A DNA stretch of 64,000 nt from Vicugna vicugna (lineage: Eukaryota): NCBI GenBank assembly GCA_013265495.1, contig MU057724.1, positions 1,627,102 to 1,691,101 of the forward strand, given 5' to 3'. The notes under the pieces were generated by a model. It had not been told where the DNA came from and made no database searches. It saw only the letters and a list, made by a program, of their open reading frames with translations. Made by a program: the position numbers and the translations under genes. Shown in pieces: positions 15,590 through 28,210 of the stretch; position 1 is the first letter of the stretch, and each line of letters starts with the position of its first letter.

Positions 15590-15690
15590 GCCAGGTGACT
15601 TCAGCAAGTTATTGAACCTCTGTGCCTCAGTATACTCACATTGCACACAGCAATGTGTGCTTTAAACAATGCCTCATCCTCACAGTAAGA
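15590..15690 (+). mobile_element. MIR SINE fragment
   Basis: GTGACTTCAGCAAGTTATTGAACCTCTGTGCCTCAGT matches the MIR core. Confidence 0.7.
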
Positions 15691-16253
15691 CTCGGCTAGC
15701 TTCTCAAAGGCAGATATGTTTATTTGTCCCTCTTGATTCTGCTGCATTCACACACCAGAAATGACACCTGACAGAAGAGACTCAATGAGTCAGTTGAACA
15801 CTTAATGACATGCACGCCTCTCCTCTTCCCTAGTCCTGGGCTTTGCCCCAACAGTGCCACATCCTCTGCATCACTAACAGAAACACAGCACCACTGCCTT
15901 TAAATGCGACACTGATTAACTATTAAACTCTCTACACCAGCAGTCAAGACACCACCTGAAATAGACTACAGGACACCTCCTGAGTTTCCCAGCTGCCAAC
16001 TGCTCAATTTTGAGTACAGACGATAGCTGAGGGTTAGAAAACAGTCCCAAGAGCTTTTTAAGTCCAAGACTGAATGCAGAAGTGAACTATCAGGGTCAAG
16101 GCTGAAAATAAGAAAAGATGACTACTGTGGCCTTGTGGTCCCACCCTGAAGTAAGGAAGACAAGGACTTTGAGTCTATACATTCAGACATACACTGCACA
16201 CAGTTACATACCCTATAAATCATAAACAGTAACACAAACTCAGCTTACTTTTA

Positions 16254-16712
<459 letters not shown>

Positions 16713-16799
16713 CTGAAAGGGAATGAAAACAAACAAGTTTAAATTAATGTTCAAAAGGAAAGCAATTCCACTTTATTAAGTAGATAATAGTCCTCATGA

Positions 16800-16950
16800 C
16801 TGACTGCCATTTCTCAAGGACATACTGTGTTCCAGGCAGTGTCAAGCCCCTTGAGTATTTTATGTATTCTCATAACCACCACAGAAGGCAGCTTAAGCAT
16901 GATCTCATCTGTGCAGACAGGAAACCTGGGACACAGAACAGTCACCTCAT
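16800..16950 (-). mobile_element. MIR SINE fragment (antisense)
   Basis: TACTGTGTTCCAGGCAGTGT...ATTCTCATAACCACC...CAGACAGGAAACCTGGGACACAGA is a reverse MIR core. Confidence 0.6.
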
Positions 16951-16964
16951 GCTGTGAGGCCCAG

Positions 16965-17112
16965 TAAGGTAGCCACTGGTCACACTTGGCTGCCTAGGCC
17001 TGAATTAATTAAAATTAAATGTAATTAAAAATTGAGTCCATCACACCAGACACACTGCAAGTGCTTCACAGCTCCACGTGGCCGGAAGCTGCCGAACTGG
17101 ACAGTGCTGCTC
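16965..17112. mobile_element. MER3/MER33-like hAT-Charlie relic
   Basis: GTAGCCACTGGTCACACTTGGCT...AATTAAAATTAAATG...CAAGTGCTTCACAGCTCCACGTGGC...TGGACAGTGC. Confidence 0.65.
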
Positions 17113-20100
17113 CTGGCAGGACACGCTGGGTCATCACCAAGCTGTGTGGCCTTCTTCAGAGTATGGAAATACGCATGAGCTAATTGATTTAAAGTTAAAA
17201 TTCCTAAACTTAAAAATCCACTAACAATTCCTAAATGCACCATATAAATTCAAAAGGTTAACATAAAGAAAAACATGCTAACTAAACACTGAATTAAAAA
17301 GTGGAACTTAAAACAGACTCACACATTTAAAATATGTCTATGTGTGTACGTATTAAGATTGTTTTGTCTGATAAACCCTGTCATGATAAATGAAACCAAA
17401 AATTTCATTAACTTTAATAGTTTAAGCACTAGAACATATGCTGTTATACACACATGTACAATGAACTTTTTTAACAAGTCAAATAGCATCTCTGAATGGA
17501 AACTTAAGTGCAACTTGATAAATAAGAATTTCAATACATGATCGTGAATACACAATTTAAGCTTTATTCAATCAGTCAATAAGTAAATTCATATTTCAAT
17601 TAATTTCTGAATTAAAAAATCAGGAGAGAGGGAAAGCAAGAAATTAAATATCCATGGCCAAAAACCAGAGTTACGACTGCCCACCTGGCAAGGCTGAACC
17701 TTCACTCTGGACTTGAAAGGCTGTGAGGGCCCCAGTGTCCCGAGCCCCAGCACTGCAGGCCGCTTCCTCCCCAGAGCCTGTTTCACTGTCCAGACCCCCT
17801 CTGGTCTTTTCCTAGGATCTCCTCAAATTTTCCGGGCAGAGGAGAGATTGTAAATTCATGTCACACTCCTATTTGACTCAAACTTCCTTACCCAGATGAC
17901 GGGTGGCCTCCGCAGGTGACCTCAGAAACGGGCACCGTTGCTCCTTCAAGCTTCTGGCCCTGGGGAGGCCACGCCAGCACTCACAGGTGTTTTTAATGGC
18001 ATGTTCTCTAGCACAGACCATCTTTCCTGGCACTAAGACTGAACATCCTCCCAAGACCAAGAAAGAGCTGCAAGGCTGGGCTGGGAGGCCATTTCTGCGC
18101 ATCTCCAGTGCAGCCCCCGCTGAGGGCTCTGAGAGAGAAATCCAGCCTCTGCATGGACCTTTAACAAGCGGCTCGACTGGAAGGGCCATGATTTACTTGT
18201 TTGAAGAAGTATTCCCCTTCGTTTCTGTTCAGGGGCTTAAAAGTGACCTCGCCCTTCTCAGGTCCTTCGGAATCCTGTGCAAAATTATCACAGCAGAGCA
18301 AACGTGGGCTTCACTGCGCAGAAGCTCACACTCTTGGGGGTGAGAGGCAAGAGGAAGAACCGAGCAAACAGGAACTACCACCATCTGCCACCACCCATAC
18401 ACGAGCCCACTAAGGCTTTAAGTAAAAAGCTGAAAACAGAGTACCTCCCCATGAGACATCAGATGCTGCTATAGTGTCTTCAAGTGAGCTGGGGGACCGA
18501 GAGTGAAGATGAAATAACGCCAAGGCATTTTCCCTGAACTAAAACTAATGAAGGCGATAGCCAGGTTCAGATCTTTACGTGCTGATAAAAAATTATATCC
18601 ATATGCAAATAAAATGATATCCATAAGGAAGTGATCTTCCAGGACCTGAATCTCCAAGGAGGAAGGTGAACGCTAGGGTTTAAGGCTCTCAAGGATTGAC
18701 TGTGATGCCAGGTGCAAATCCCAGGAGAGATTTAGCTGTGCTAGAAATTTTACGACTGTTACTGTTTCTGCTGGTAAACTGGCTATGGAGGTTTTGAGTG
18801 GTGTGCCCCAAGGCTATTTCTCCCACAAGCCCTGTATTGCAGAACATTAGGTGTTATCAGATGGTACAGTAGGAAAACTCAGTACTCGACCTCTCAGACT
18901 TTTGAAAAGATCTTAGAACCTCAACGACCCCAGACCACACCTGAAAACAGCTAGCATAAACAATTACAGAATCAGATGACACAGGGTGTCACGGGGCACC
19001 TAGTCCAGACACGGTGAGGGCAGGGAGGAGATGGAGGGATGGGAAGAGTCTCCTACAGGAGATGAAGCCCTTGTAACAAGCACAGGAGGCAGAAGGAAGG
19101 AAAGGTGCTTAGGGATGTAGGAAAGACAAGGGGCAAGATGCCCACTCAGGGCACAGCAAAAAAAACCGTACCGGAGAGCTGAGCTCAGGGACAGAGAGCA
19201 GTGCTAGTGAGGCCAGAAGAACCAGGGAGCCAGCAAATTCGCAGGCCACACACACACTGAGCTTGGACCTCCTCCTGCAGGCAGTGGAAGCCAGGGGAGG
19301 GTTTTAGACCAGGAGAGGCATACTGTGTGACACGACATTAAGGAAAAACCAAAACTGCACGAGAAAGGGACTAAAGTCACAACACACTATCTGGTCTATG
19401 GAGGACCACGTTTACATAGTCAGAATAGTGAAAACACGGTTGCTGGTTGAATTGGACCAATCATTTAGCCACACTGCAAGGATGGGAGGGGTATGGGAGT
19501 TAACACGCCATCTGTGACAGAAAGCAGAGAAAGCAAAACCCATCTGAAAGAGAAAGCGTCTTGCCAAGTGTCCGAGAAGGTCTTGGTTTGCTCATGGAGG
19601 TCATATCCCTGTGTGACAGCCAGATGCTTTCTAAGCTCCCTCTGGAGTGTGAGCCTCCTGGGGTGCAAACCAGTGAAGCAAGGAGCTGCTAAGCCTTGTT
19701 GTTTTCAAGGCTTGTACTTTCACTGAACTTTCTAAGCTGTGTTTATGCATTATAAGAACAAAACCGACAAGGTAAAAATGAAGGATATATACATGTGTAT
19801 TTATTTATACCAGATGAAGTACAATAAAGACACATGGAGGATAATTTCCTAGGGAATAAAAATACGTTTAACAAAATAAGTCTACAGCAGAAAAATCAAG
19901 GAACAAAAAAGAGATCATAATATAAACAATAATTTACACTATAGAGCTTCAAAGATGTCATTTTTATCATATACTGTTCCCAGAAATTGAGTAATTTTAT
20001 AAGTCACTGATTTAATTATAAAGTATGTGCATTTGTAAAAAATTTGAAAACTGAGTAAAATTTTAAAAAAAATTATTGCTAATCCTAACCTTCAAAGAGT

Positions 20101-21984
20101 CACTATTATTTTCTTAGTATCTACATTCTTGTTTAACACAATATTGGTATTTAACTGTAGATGTTATTTTAGACCTTCACTTAGTATGTTTTCAGCATTT
20201 ATTCACACCATCAAAAATTCTTCCAAAATCCAGGGGTATGACATCCCACCAGACAGATGCACGAATCCCCTGACTGCTGGACCAAGAGATTTTAAATTGA
20301 TTATAATCAGTGCACATATGAGGAAGTTGCAAGTTAAATCTGCAGTGAATATTGTGATAATTCAACAATAATCCCCTAACTTGAAATACAGTGCATTTGT
20401 TATGAGTAAAGCAAACAGAATTAAAAAAGCCATTACAGCACAGGTCATGAAATGTGTTTGCCATGTGGTCTTTCTGAGATGGTTCCACCTCAACCACGGA
20501 AAAGTGCCCACCAAGCCAAGAGACCCAGATTCAGCCGGAGCCCACGGACAGCTCTGCTGCCCAGCTGTGGGCAGCTCTCTGGAACACCGGGCCCTCACCT
20601 GCGACACCAAGAGGCTACATTCCGAGTCCTAACGCTCTGCCGGGCTCTGATCTGCCTGCTCGCCTTGAGTACAAGGCACTTCAGTTACTCGGGAGTGAGT
20701 GTCCAAGCCTCAGCATTTCAGTCATTTCAGTCAGTTTTTTTCTGCCCACTCCATTTTCTCTAACAGAAAAAAAAAACTAAGGGTGTTCAAGTCCTGCACT
20801 AAACAGCAAAAGCGAAGTAAGGACCGAGAAAAAGAATAAGAGGCAAAGGGCAAACGACGATAGAGCAGCTCTGTCTGGGGAGGACACGACTCGCTTCTGG
20901 CATTTTCTCTCCAGGAGGTGTGTCTTGGAGGGGGGAGAAACAAGGGCGCGTTCACAAGAACTCATCTGAACTGGTATGCAAGCGTTCTAAAGCTGCCTGC
21001 CTTTCTTTCAGACTCAGATCTGTGATTTGTGTGTTTGGCTGAGGGGAAGTTCTGCTGAAGGCTGGCTCAGTATCACGGGGTCTCCAGGCAGCCTGGGGTG
21101 TTCTATGGAAGGTCAGGGACAAACCCAAAGGGGTGGGAAGCAGGCAGACAGCAGACAGATGTCCTGGTATGGGATGAGGACAGACCGAACGCTGACTCCG
21201 CCCCTCCCCTCTTGCACCTGGGTGGCAGCCAGTGGCTCCTCACGCTCCCTCCTCTGCGGAGGTGAGGACAAAGCTCACCCGGCCTTGGGGGAAGGAGCGC
21301 AGTGACCCAGAGGGGAACACGCTATCTGAGGGCGTGAACAATATCTCTCTTCCTCGAGCCCTCAAGGCGCCTGTCGTGGGACTCACGATGGACCAAGGCT
21401 GCTCTGAGTACAGCAGAGTGTAACTGCACAGGTGGAAACTTCTCTCAGTGGTGACAAACAGGTGTAATGAAATATAAATACAGATCATGAAAGAAAGAAC
21501 AAGAAAGAAAAGGCTAAGGTCCACCACTGCTGTGCCAGAAACTGCCGGGAATGTCTAGCTATCTCTGCATCCACAGATGAAGACAAGCTTTCCCTGGTTC
21601 CGGGGGGACCACATACACGTGCGGCGTCCTAGGTACCTGCTACCTACTGAGGGGGCTGCTTCTTCACTGTCCCCATGAAGAGGCACTGACCTTACCTTAT
21701 GGAGAACAAAGGTCAGAGGCCACGAGACAAGATCACAGCTGGTGGGGGCTGAGCCAGGACTCCAATCCGTCCGCCAGGCCATGAAACCTCCAGAAATAGA
21801 GCAGCAGGCGGCACAGAGGCTCCTGATCCCTCCCTCAGAAGTAAACTTTTCATTCTCTTAGCTGAAAAGATGTTCAATTCAGATCTCCTTTCCTCTCTCT
21901 CAGCCTCTCATTTCCTCCTTTTCCTCCCTTTTGTACTCTTGGTTCCAAAAAAAGAATGGAACAGCGAGAAATGAAGCCTCTGAC

Positions 21985-22140
21985 GTCATTTACTGACTGG
22001 ACAGCCTCAGGCAAATTGTTTAACCTGTGACCTTCGCTTCCCCATCCATAAAAATGGGCAAAATAATAACCACATCATAAATTTGGGAAGACTACACCGT
22101 GTGCTGCATATAAAGCTCCTAACATATACAAATCCAATAA
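21985..22140 (+). mobile_element. MIR SINE fragment
   Basis: GGCAAATTGTTTAACCTG...CTTCCCCATCCATAAAAATGGG...AATAATAACCACATCATA. Confidence 0.65.
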
Positions 22141-22998
22141 ACACTTCATTTTCTTTCACTTTATGACAAAAAGGACACAGTTAAAACTTTTACTTTTAAA
22201 CACAGAAGACCAAAAAGGACAAACAAAAAAGTGCCAGTTCTGAAATCCAGCAGCGTCACCACCGAGTGAGCTCCCTAAGACACGTTACAGGGGGAAATGT
22301 CAGTCCTGAGGCTGGAGGTGCCAAGAAGAAAAGCAACTGATAAGCCGCTGTCTCCTCCCCCAACCTTGCGGGTTCACTACTACAAAGAGTTTAAAGGAAG
22401 GAAGGATGTCTGCCGGGGCTGTCCAGGCTCTACAGCTGGAGTCACGTTACTCCAGGGCTGCTTCCCAGCCCCTCCTTGCCCTCCACCCTCTCACTCTCCT
22501 CCTCTCCCTGGTGCCAGTGAACAGCAGTGGAAGTCCAAGGTGGAGAAACAGTAGGTAGTGGCTCAGAGTTCAAGGTGCAGGACATGAGGTGATAAAGAAG
22601 GACAAACTGTTTCAAAAGGACAAACTGGTAGCAACCCACTCTGAAATTTCCCTATTTTGACAGTTACAGAACTTCACATAGCTCCAAAAGTCTCCCCTCT
22701 CCTTTCACTCAAAGACCTGAAGACACGACCTCTTCAAGCCCCCCACACCCAGAGCCAGCCTGTGGGCCACCAGGCACGGCCCCAAGTGGACACACGAACA
22801 CCCCGAGCACGCGGACTCCTGGGGACCTCTGACCTGACAAAGCAGTCCGCGAGCAATGACCTACTCGTGTTGGAGGAGTCTTGCTCATCATCTTTCAGTT
22901 CTTCAAGAAACACTAAGCAGTGCTACACTACAGCCCAGGGCAGCAGGACGGAAGAGCACACCCTTGGCTCCTCCCAGGTCAGGCTCTCAAAGTGGGGC

Positions 22999-25900
22999 TT
23001 ATTTCATCTGAAAAGTTATGAATTCACACAGAACAACATTCAAACGGAAATAAAAGAATACTCCAAAGCAAAATTACACGGTCTGGGAACTACCACAGTC
23101 CAGACAACCTGTGTCTGCTCCCTCCACTAGTCTGTCTTAGAAGAAACCAAAAGATGAGCTCCCACCACAGCTGCACTTCGTGGCTCCGTGTAATGCTGAG
23201 GCTGGCCTCGTCACACAAGGTGACTTTAAGCAAGTCATTATCTTTTCTGATTTTGGTGTTTTCAATTGGAAGATAAAGTCATTAAATCAAATTGTTTTGA
23301 TGGTACTTTTAAAAACTGTCAAAAAGCCTAAATAAACTCCTTCACTAAACAAAGAATTTAAGTAGACGGACTAGAGTTCTTCAGCGTCATAAAATGGCAT
23401 CTTCCTGAAGTCCACAACAGTCACTTTATCTACAGACAGACACTAGTTACAGCTCCACAGAGCACAGCCTTGCTACGTAACAATCCCAACTCATGTGATT
23501 TCATAAGCTCCTTAGGGTATTTACACAGGACAGGTGGTACTGCCCATACCACACAAATGACGAAAGTCAACTGAAAAGGAGTAGACTATTCCAGATTTCG
23601 CAAGCAACACAGAGGTGGAGTCTGGCCTCACTCACAGATCTTACATCACACACCACTACTAATACTCACATCATCAGAAAGAAAACGACTAGAAATGTAG
23701 GTCTGAGACCCTTAGGAAATGCAGGCACACACCGCACTGATACTAATTACTGGGACAAACAATTCTATCCTTATTCTTACTCCTAACCCAGAGAAGGCTT
23801 AAGAAGTTTTTAAAAATGAACTGCCATCACATTATCATAACACCAGGGGCCCTAGAGGAAGCACGAGGAGGCTCACCTTAAATTCAAATGATTAATCCGT
23901 CCTCAAGGGCTTCTTCGCTTAATGAAACTCGTTTTGAGATAACTGTCCAAACTGCACCACCAAGAGGCTTGGGAAGCTCTTTAAACCAGAGCCCAGCACC
24001 TCCCTCCAGGCTGCACCTAACGCTTCTTCACCCTGCGTCCTGCAAGATGAGCAGGACCCAGACACGTGGAGGAAAGAATGTTAAAGGAGGCTTCAGTGCA
24101 CAGAGACGGTCTCTGTTCAAGGAAATCAGTCTCTTACACATTTAGTGTCTTTTCAGAAAAATGTTTAAGAATTACTTTCAATTTGGCTAAAATGAATTCA
24201 CAGAACTAAAGATCTTTAATAACAAATTATTTCATTTTAATTAGATTGGTCTTCAAACTATAAACAGCAGTCAGACTGTATGAGTAAAATTATGTTTATC
24301 GACAGTGTATTTTAAACCACTGAATGCTCTCTCAACAAAAAGTTCCTCAAGGCAATCAGTATTACATTTGGCTATTTTAAGTGCTCGGCACAAAGACTTC
24401 ATTTGATGATTTCTTCATTTAATAAACAAAAACTGATCACCTATGTATGTCTCGGAAACTGACAGGCACGCAGAGGACAGTGCTGAGTCACAACACTCAG
24501 CAATGTGAAACTGGTTAGAATTCAGCAGAGTTTTCATCAACAGGAATGTAACAATTGCACTTGGCTCATTTGCTACCCTAACAAGGGTCATGTGGAGAAT
24601 GAATACTAGTATATCGAATTGTAACTTGGTGTCAAGTTGTATGTTCACCGTGAGTCCTAGTCTAACAGAAAAGTGCTCTTTTAACATAAAAACCACACTT
24701 AAATGAAAGCTCACATGACACAGTGGGGGCTCTGGGTTGGGAGCCTTTTCTACAGCTTCTTAGCTACGTGGCCTCAGGAAGCACAGTTCACCTCTCCAGG
24801 CCTCAGCTGCTACACAGGGAAAACAATGTTAATAATAATAATCACCTCGCAGGATTAGTCAGAAATACATGTAATAACACACGAAAACTGCCTGTGACCT
24901 TTCCTGACACACACTGAGCACTCAACAGCTCCTTCCACGATTTAGCAGAGACCTGCTTAGTCCTCTCACAGATGAGCGTGTCCCCATTTCAAGAAATATT
25001 CATCAAATGCATAAAAATCTAGTAATAACGTATAATAAGTGCATATAAAATACTTTGGATGTTAGGCGCCAATTTGCAATGAGATCTCAATAACCGTACG
25101 ATTGAGGGAAACCAAAGCCTGGAAAGATTGGGGCAAGACCGTGGGGATATAACTCATGAGCTAGATGGAACTGGAGGAGTCAACATGAACTCGTGATACG
25201 AGTTAAAAAATATATATATACACACGTATGTACACATGAGCACACATATTATTTCATCTGAAAAGAAGTGAATTCACACAGAACAACATTCAAACGGAAA
25301 TAAAAGAATACTCCAAAGCAAAATTACACGGTCTGGGAACTACCACAGTCCAGACAACCTGTGTCTGCTCCCTCCACTAGTCTGTCTTAGAAGAAACCAA
25401 AAGATGAGCTCCCACCACAGCTGCACTTCGTGGCTCCGTGTAATGCCGAGGCTGGCCTCGTCACACAAGGTGACTTTAAGCAAGTCATTATCTTTTCTGA
25501 TTTTGGTGTTTTCAATTGGAAGATAAAGTCATTAAATCAAATTGTTTTGATGGTACTTTTAAAAACTGTCAAAAAGCCTAAATAAACTCCTTTACTAAAC
25601 AAAGAATTTAAGTAGACGGACTAGAGTTCTTCGGCGTCATAAAATGGCGTCTTCCTGAAGTCCACAACAGTCACTTTATCTACAGACAGACACTAGTTAT
25701 AGCTCCACAGAGCAGAGCCTTGCTACGTAACAATCCCAACTCATGTGATTTCATAAGCACCTTAGGGTATTTACACAGGACAGGTGGTACTGCCCATACC
25801 ACACAAATGACGAAAGTCAACTGAAAAGGAGTAGACTATTCCAGATTTCGCAAGCAACACAGAGGTGGAGTCTGGCCTCACTCACAGATCTTACATCACA

Positions 25901-27502
25901 CACCACTACTAATACTCACATCATCAGAAAGAAAACGACTAGAAATGTAGGTCTGAGACCCTTAGGAAATGCAGGCACACACCGCACTGATACTAATTAC
26001 TGGGACAAACAATTCTATCCTTATTCTTACTCCTAACCCAGAGAAGGCTTAAGAAGTTTTTAAAAATGAACTGCCATCACATTATCATAACACCAGGGGC
26101 CCTAGAGGAAGCACGAGGAGGCTCACCTTAAATTCAAATGATTAATCCGTCCTCAAGGGCTTCTTCGCTTAATGAAACTCGCTTTGAGATAACTGTCCAA
26201 ACTGCACCACCAAGAGGCTTGGGAAGCTCTTTAAACCAGAGCCCAGCACCTCCCTCCAGGCTGCACCTAACGCTTCTTCACCCTGCGTCCTGCAAGATGA
26301 GCAGGACCCAGACACGTGGAGGAAAGAATGTTAAAGGAGGCTTCAGTGCACAGAGACGGTCTCTGTTCAAGGAAATCAGTCTCTTACACATTTAGTGTCT
26401 TTTCAGAAAAATGTTTAAGAATTACTTTCAATTTGGCTAAAATGAATTCACAGAACTAAAGATCTTTAATAACAAATTATTTCATTTTAATTAGATTGGT
26501 CTTCAAACTATAAACAGCAGTCAGACTGTATGAGTAAAATTATGTTTATCGACAGTGTATTTTAAACCACTGAATGCTCTCTCAACAAAAAGTTCCTCAA
26601 GGCAATCAGTATTACATTTGGCTATTTTAAGTGCTCGGCACAAAGACTTCATTTGATGATTTCTTCATTTAATAAACAAAAACTGATCACCTATGTATGT
26701 CTCGGAAACTGACAGGCACGCAGAGGACAGTGCTGAGTCACAACACTCAGCAATGTGAAACTGGTTAGAATTCAGCAGAGTTTTCATCAACAGGAATGTA
26801 ACAATTGCACTTGGCTCATTTGCTACCCTAACAAGGGTCATGTGGAGAATGAATACTAGTATATCAAATTGTAACTTGGTGTCAAGTTGTATGTTCACTG
26901 TGAGTCCTAGTCTAACAGAAAAGTGCTCTTTTAACATAAAAACCACACTTAAATGAAAGCTCACATGACACAGTGGGGGCTCTGGGTTGGGAGCCTTTTC
27001 TACAGCTTCTTAGCTACGTGGCCTCAGGAAGCACAGTTCACCTCTCCAGGCCTCAGCTGCTACACAGGGAAAACAATGTTAATAATAATAATCACCTCGC
27101 AGGATTAGTCAGAAATACATGTAATAACACACGAAAACTGCCTGTGACCTTTCCTGACACACACTGAGCACTCAACAGCTCCTTCCACGATTTAGCAGAG
27201 ACCTGCTTAGTCCTCTCACAGATGAGCGTGTCCCCATTTCAAGAAATATTCATCAAATGCATAAAAATCTAGTAATAACGTATAATAAGTGCATATAAAA
27301 TACTTTGGATGTTAGGCGCCAATTTGCAATGAGATCTCAATAACCGTACGATTGTCTGAGGGAAACCAAAGCCTGGAAAGATTGGGGCAAGACCGTGGGG
27401 ATATAACTCATGAGCTGGATGGAACTGGAGGAGTCAACATGAACTCGTGATACGAGTTAAAAAATATATATATACACACGTATGTACACATGAGCACACA
27501 TA
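22999..27502 (+). repeat. Head-to-tail tandem duplication, unit ~2250 bp (copy 1 22999-25248, copy 2 25249-27502)
   Basis: Line-by-line identity at offset 2250. Identical ORF-track entries at 23888/26138, 24415/26665 and 24723/26973. Confidence 0.98.
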
Positions 27503-27887
27503 CAAGTGAAGAGGAAGCTACAGAAAACACACATGCACAGTTTTCCTTGTTCATGAAGACCTGCGAGACTGATGACGGCTGCTCCCCTCCTGCTGCAGAA
27601 GGTGCTGCGTCCCTACTCCTCACTCCACTCCGTCTGCAAACACTGCCATCTCCTCCCGCACAATGAGATCCTTAAGTGTCCACTCCCTGCTCGTGTGTCA
27701 CCTGCAGGTTCTCTGCTCCCAGCTCCCACCATCGGCCTGGCATCTTCGCCAACGCAAGCTCCAAAGCCCCAACAACCGCGCTGTCTGAACGGAGGGTCGG
27801 CTCACCCACTGCCCCTCTGAATCCATCTTTTATTCTGCAAGCTTGTCTTACATCTAATTTCCACTACGTTTCATCTTCAGTGCCCAG

Positions 27888-28210
27888 TCCTCTAGCTAAC
27901 TTCTTCTGTAAATGGCCAGACAGCAGATTTTTTGGACTCGCAGGCCGGCTTCCATCGCAACTTCTGAACTCCGTGCTTGGAGAGCAAAAGCAGCCACGAA
28001 TGAGTAAGCCAGAATGGCTGGGCTCCACAAACTGTATTTATGGACTTGAACCCTGAACTGCACATAATTTTCACATCATAAAATATCACTCTTCTTTTAG
28101 TTTTTTTTCCACCCGTTTGAAAATGTAAACACCATTCTCAGTTTGTAGGCCACACAAAACCAGGCAGGGGGCCAGGTCCACCGCACAGGCCATCATCTGC
28201 TGACACCTAC
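27888..28210. mobile_element. MER58-like hAT-Charlie DNA transposon relic
   Basis: CTAACTTCTTCTGTAAATGGCCAGACAGCAGATTTTTTGGACTCGCAGGCC...GGCCACACAAAACCAGGCAGGGGGCCAG...CTGCTGACACCT. Confidence 0.75.

Noticed and set aside
23888..27167. Three pairs of identical ORFs suggesting a duplicated gene cassette
   Set aside because: A by-product of the intronic tandem duplication. One pair overlaps a MIR-like relic and none resembles a protein.
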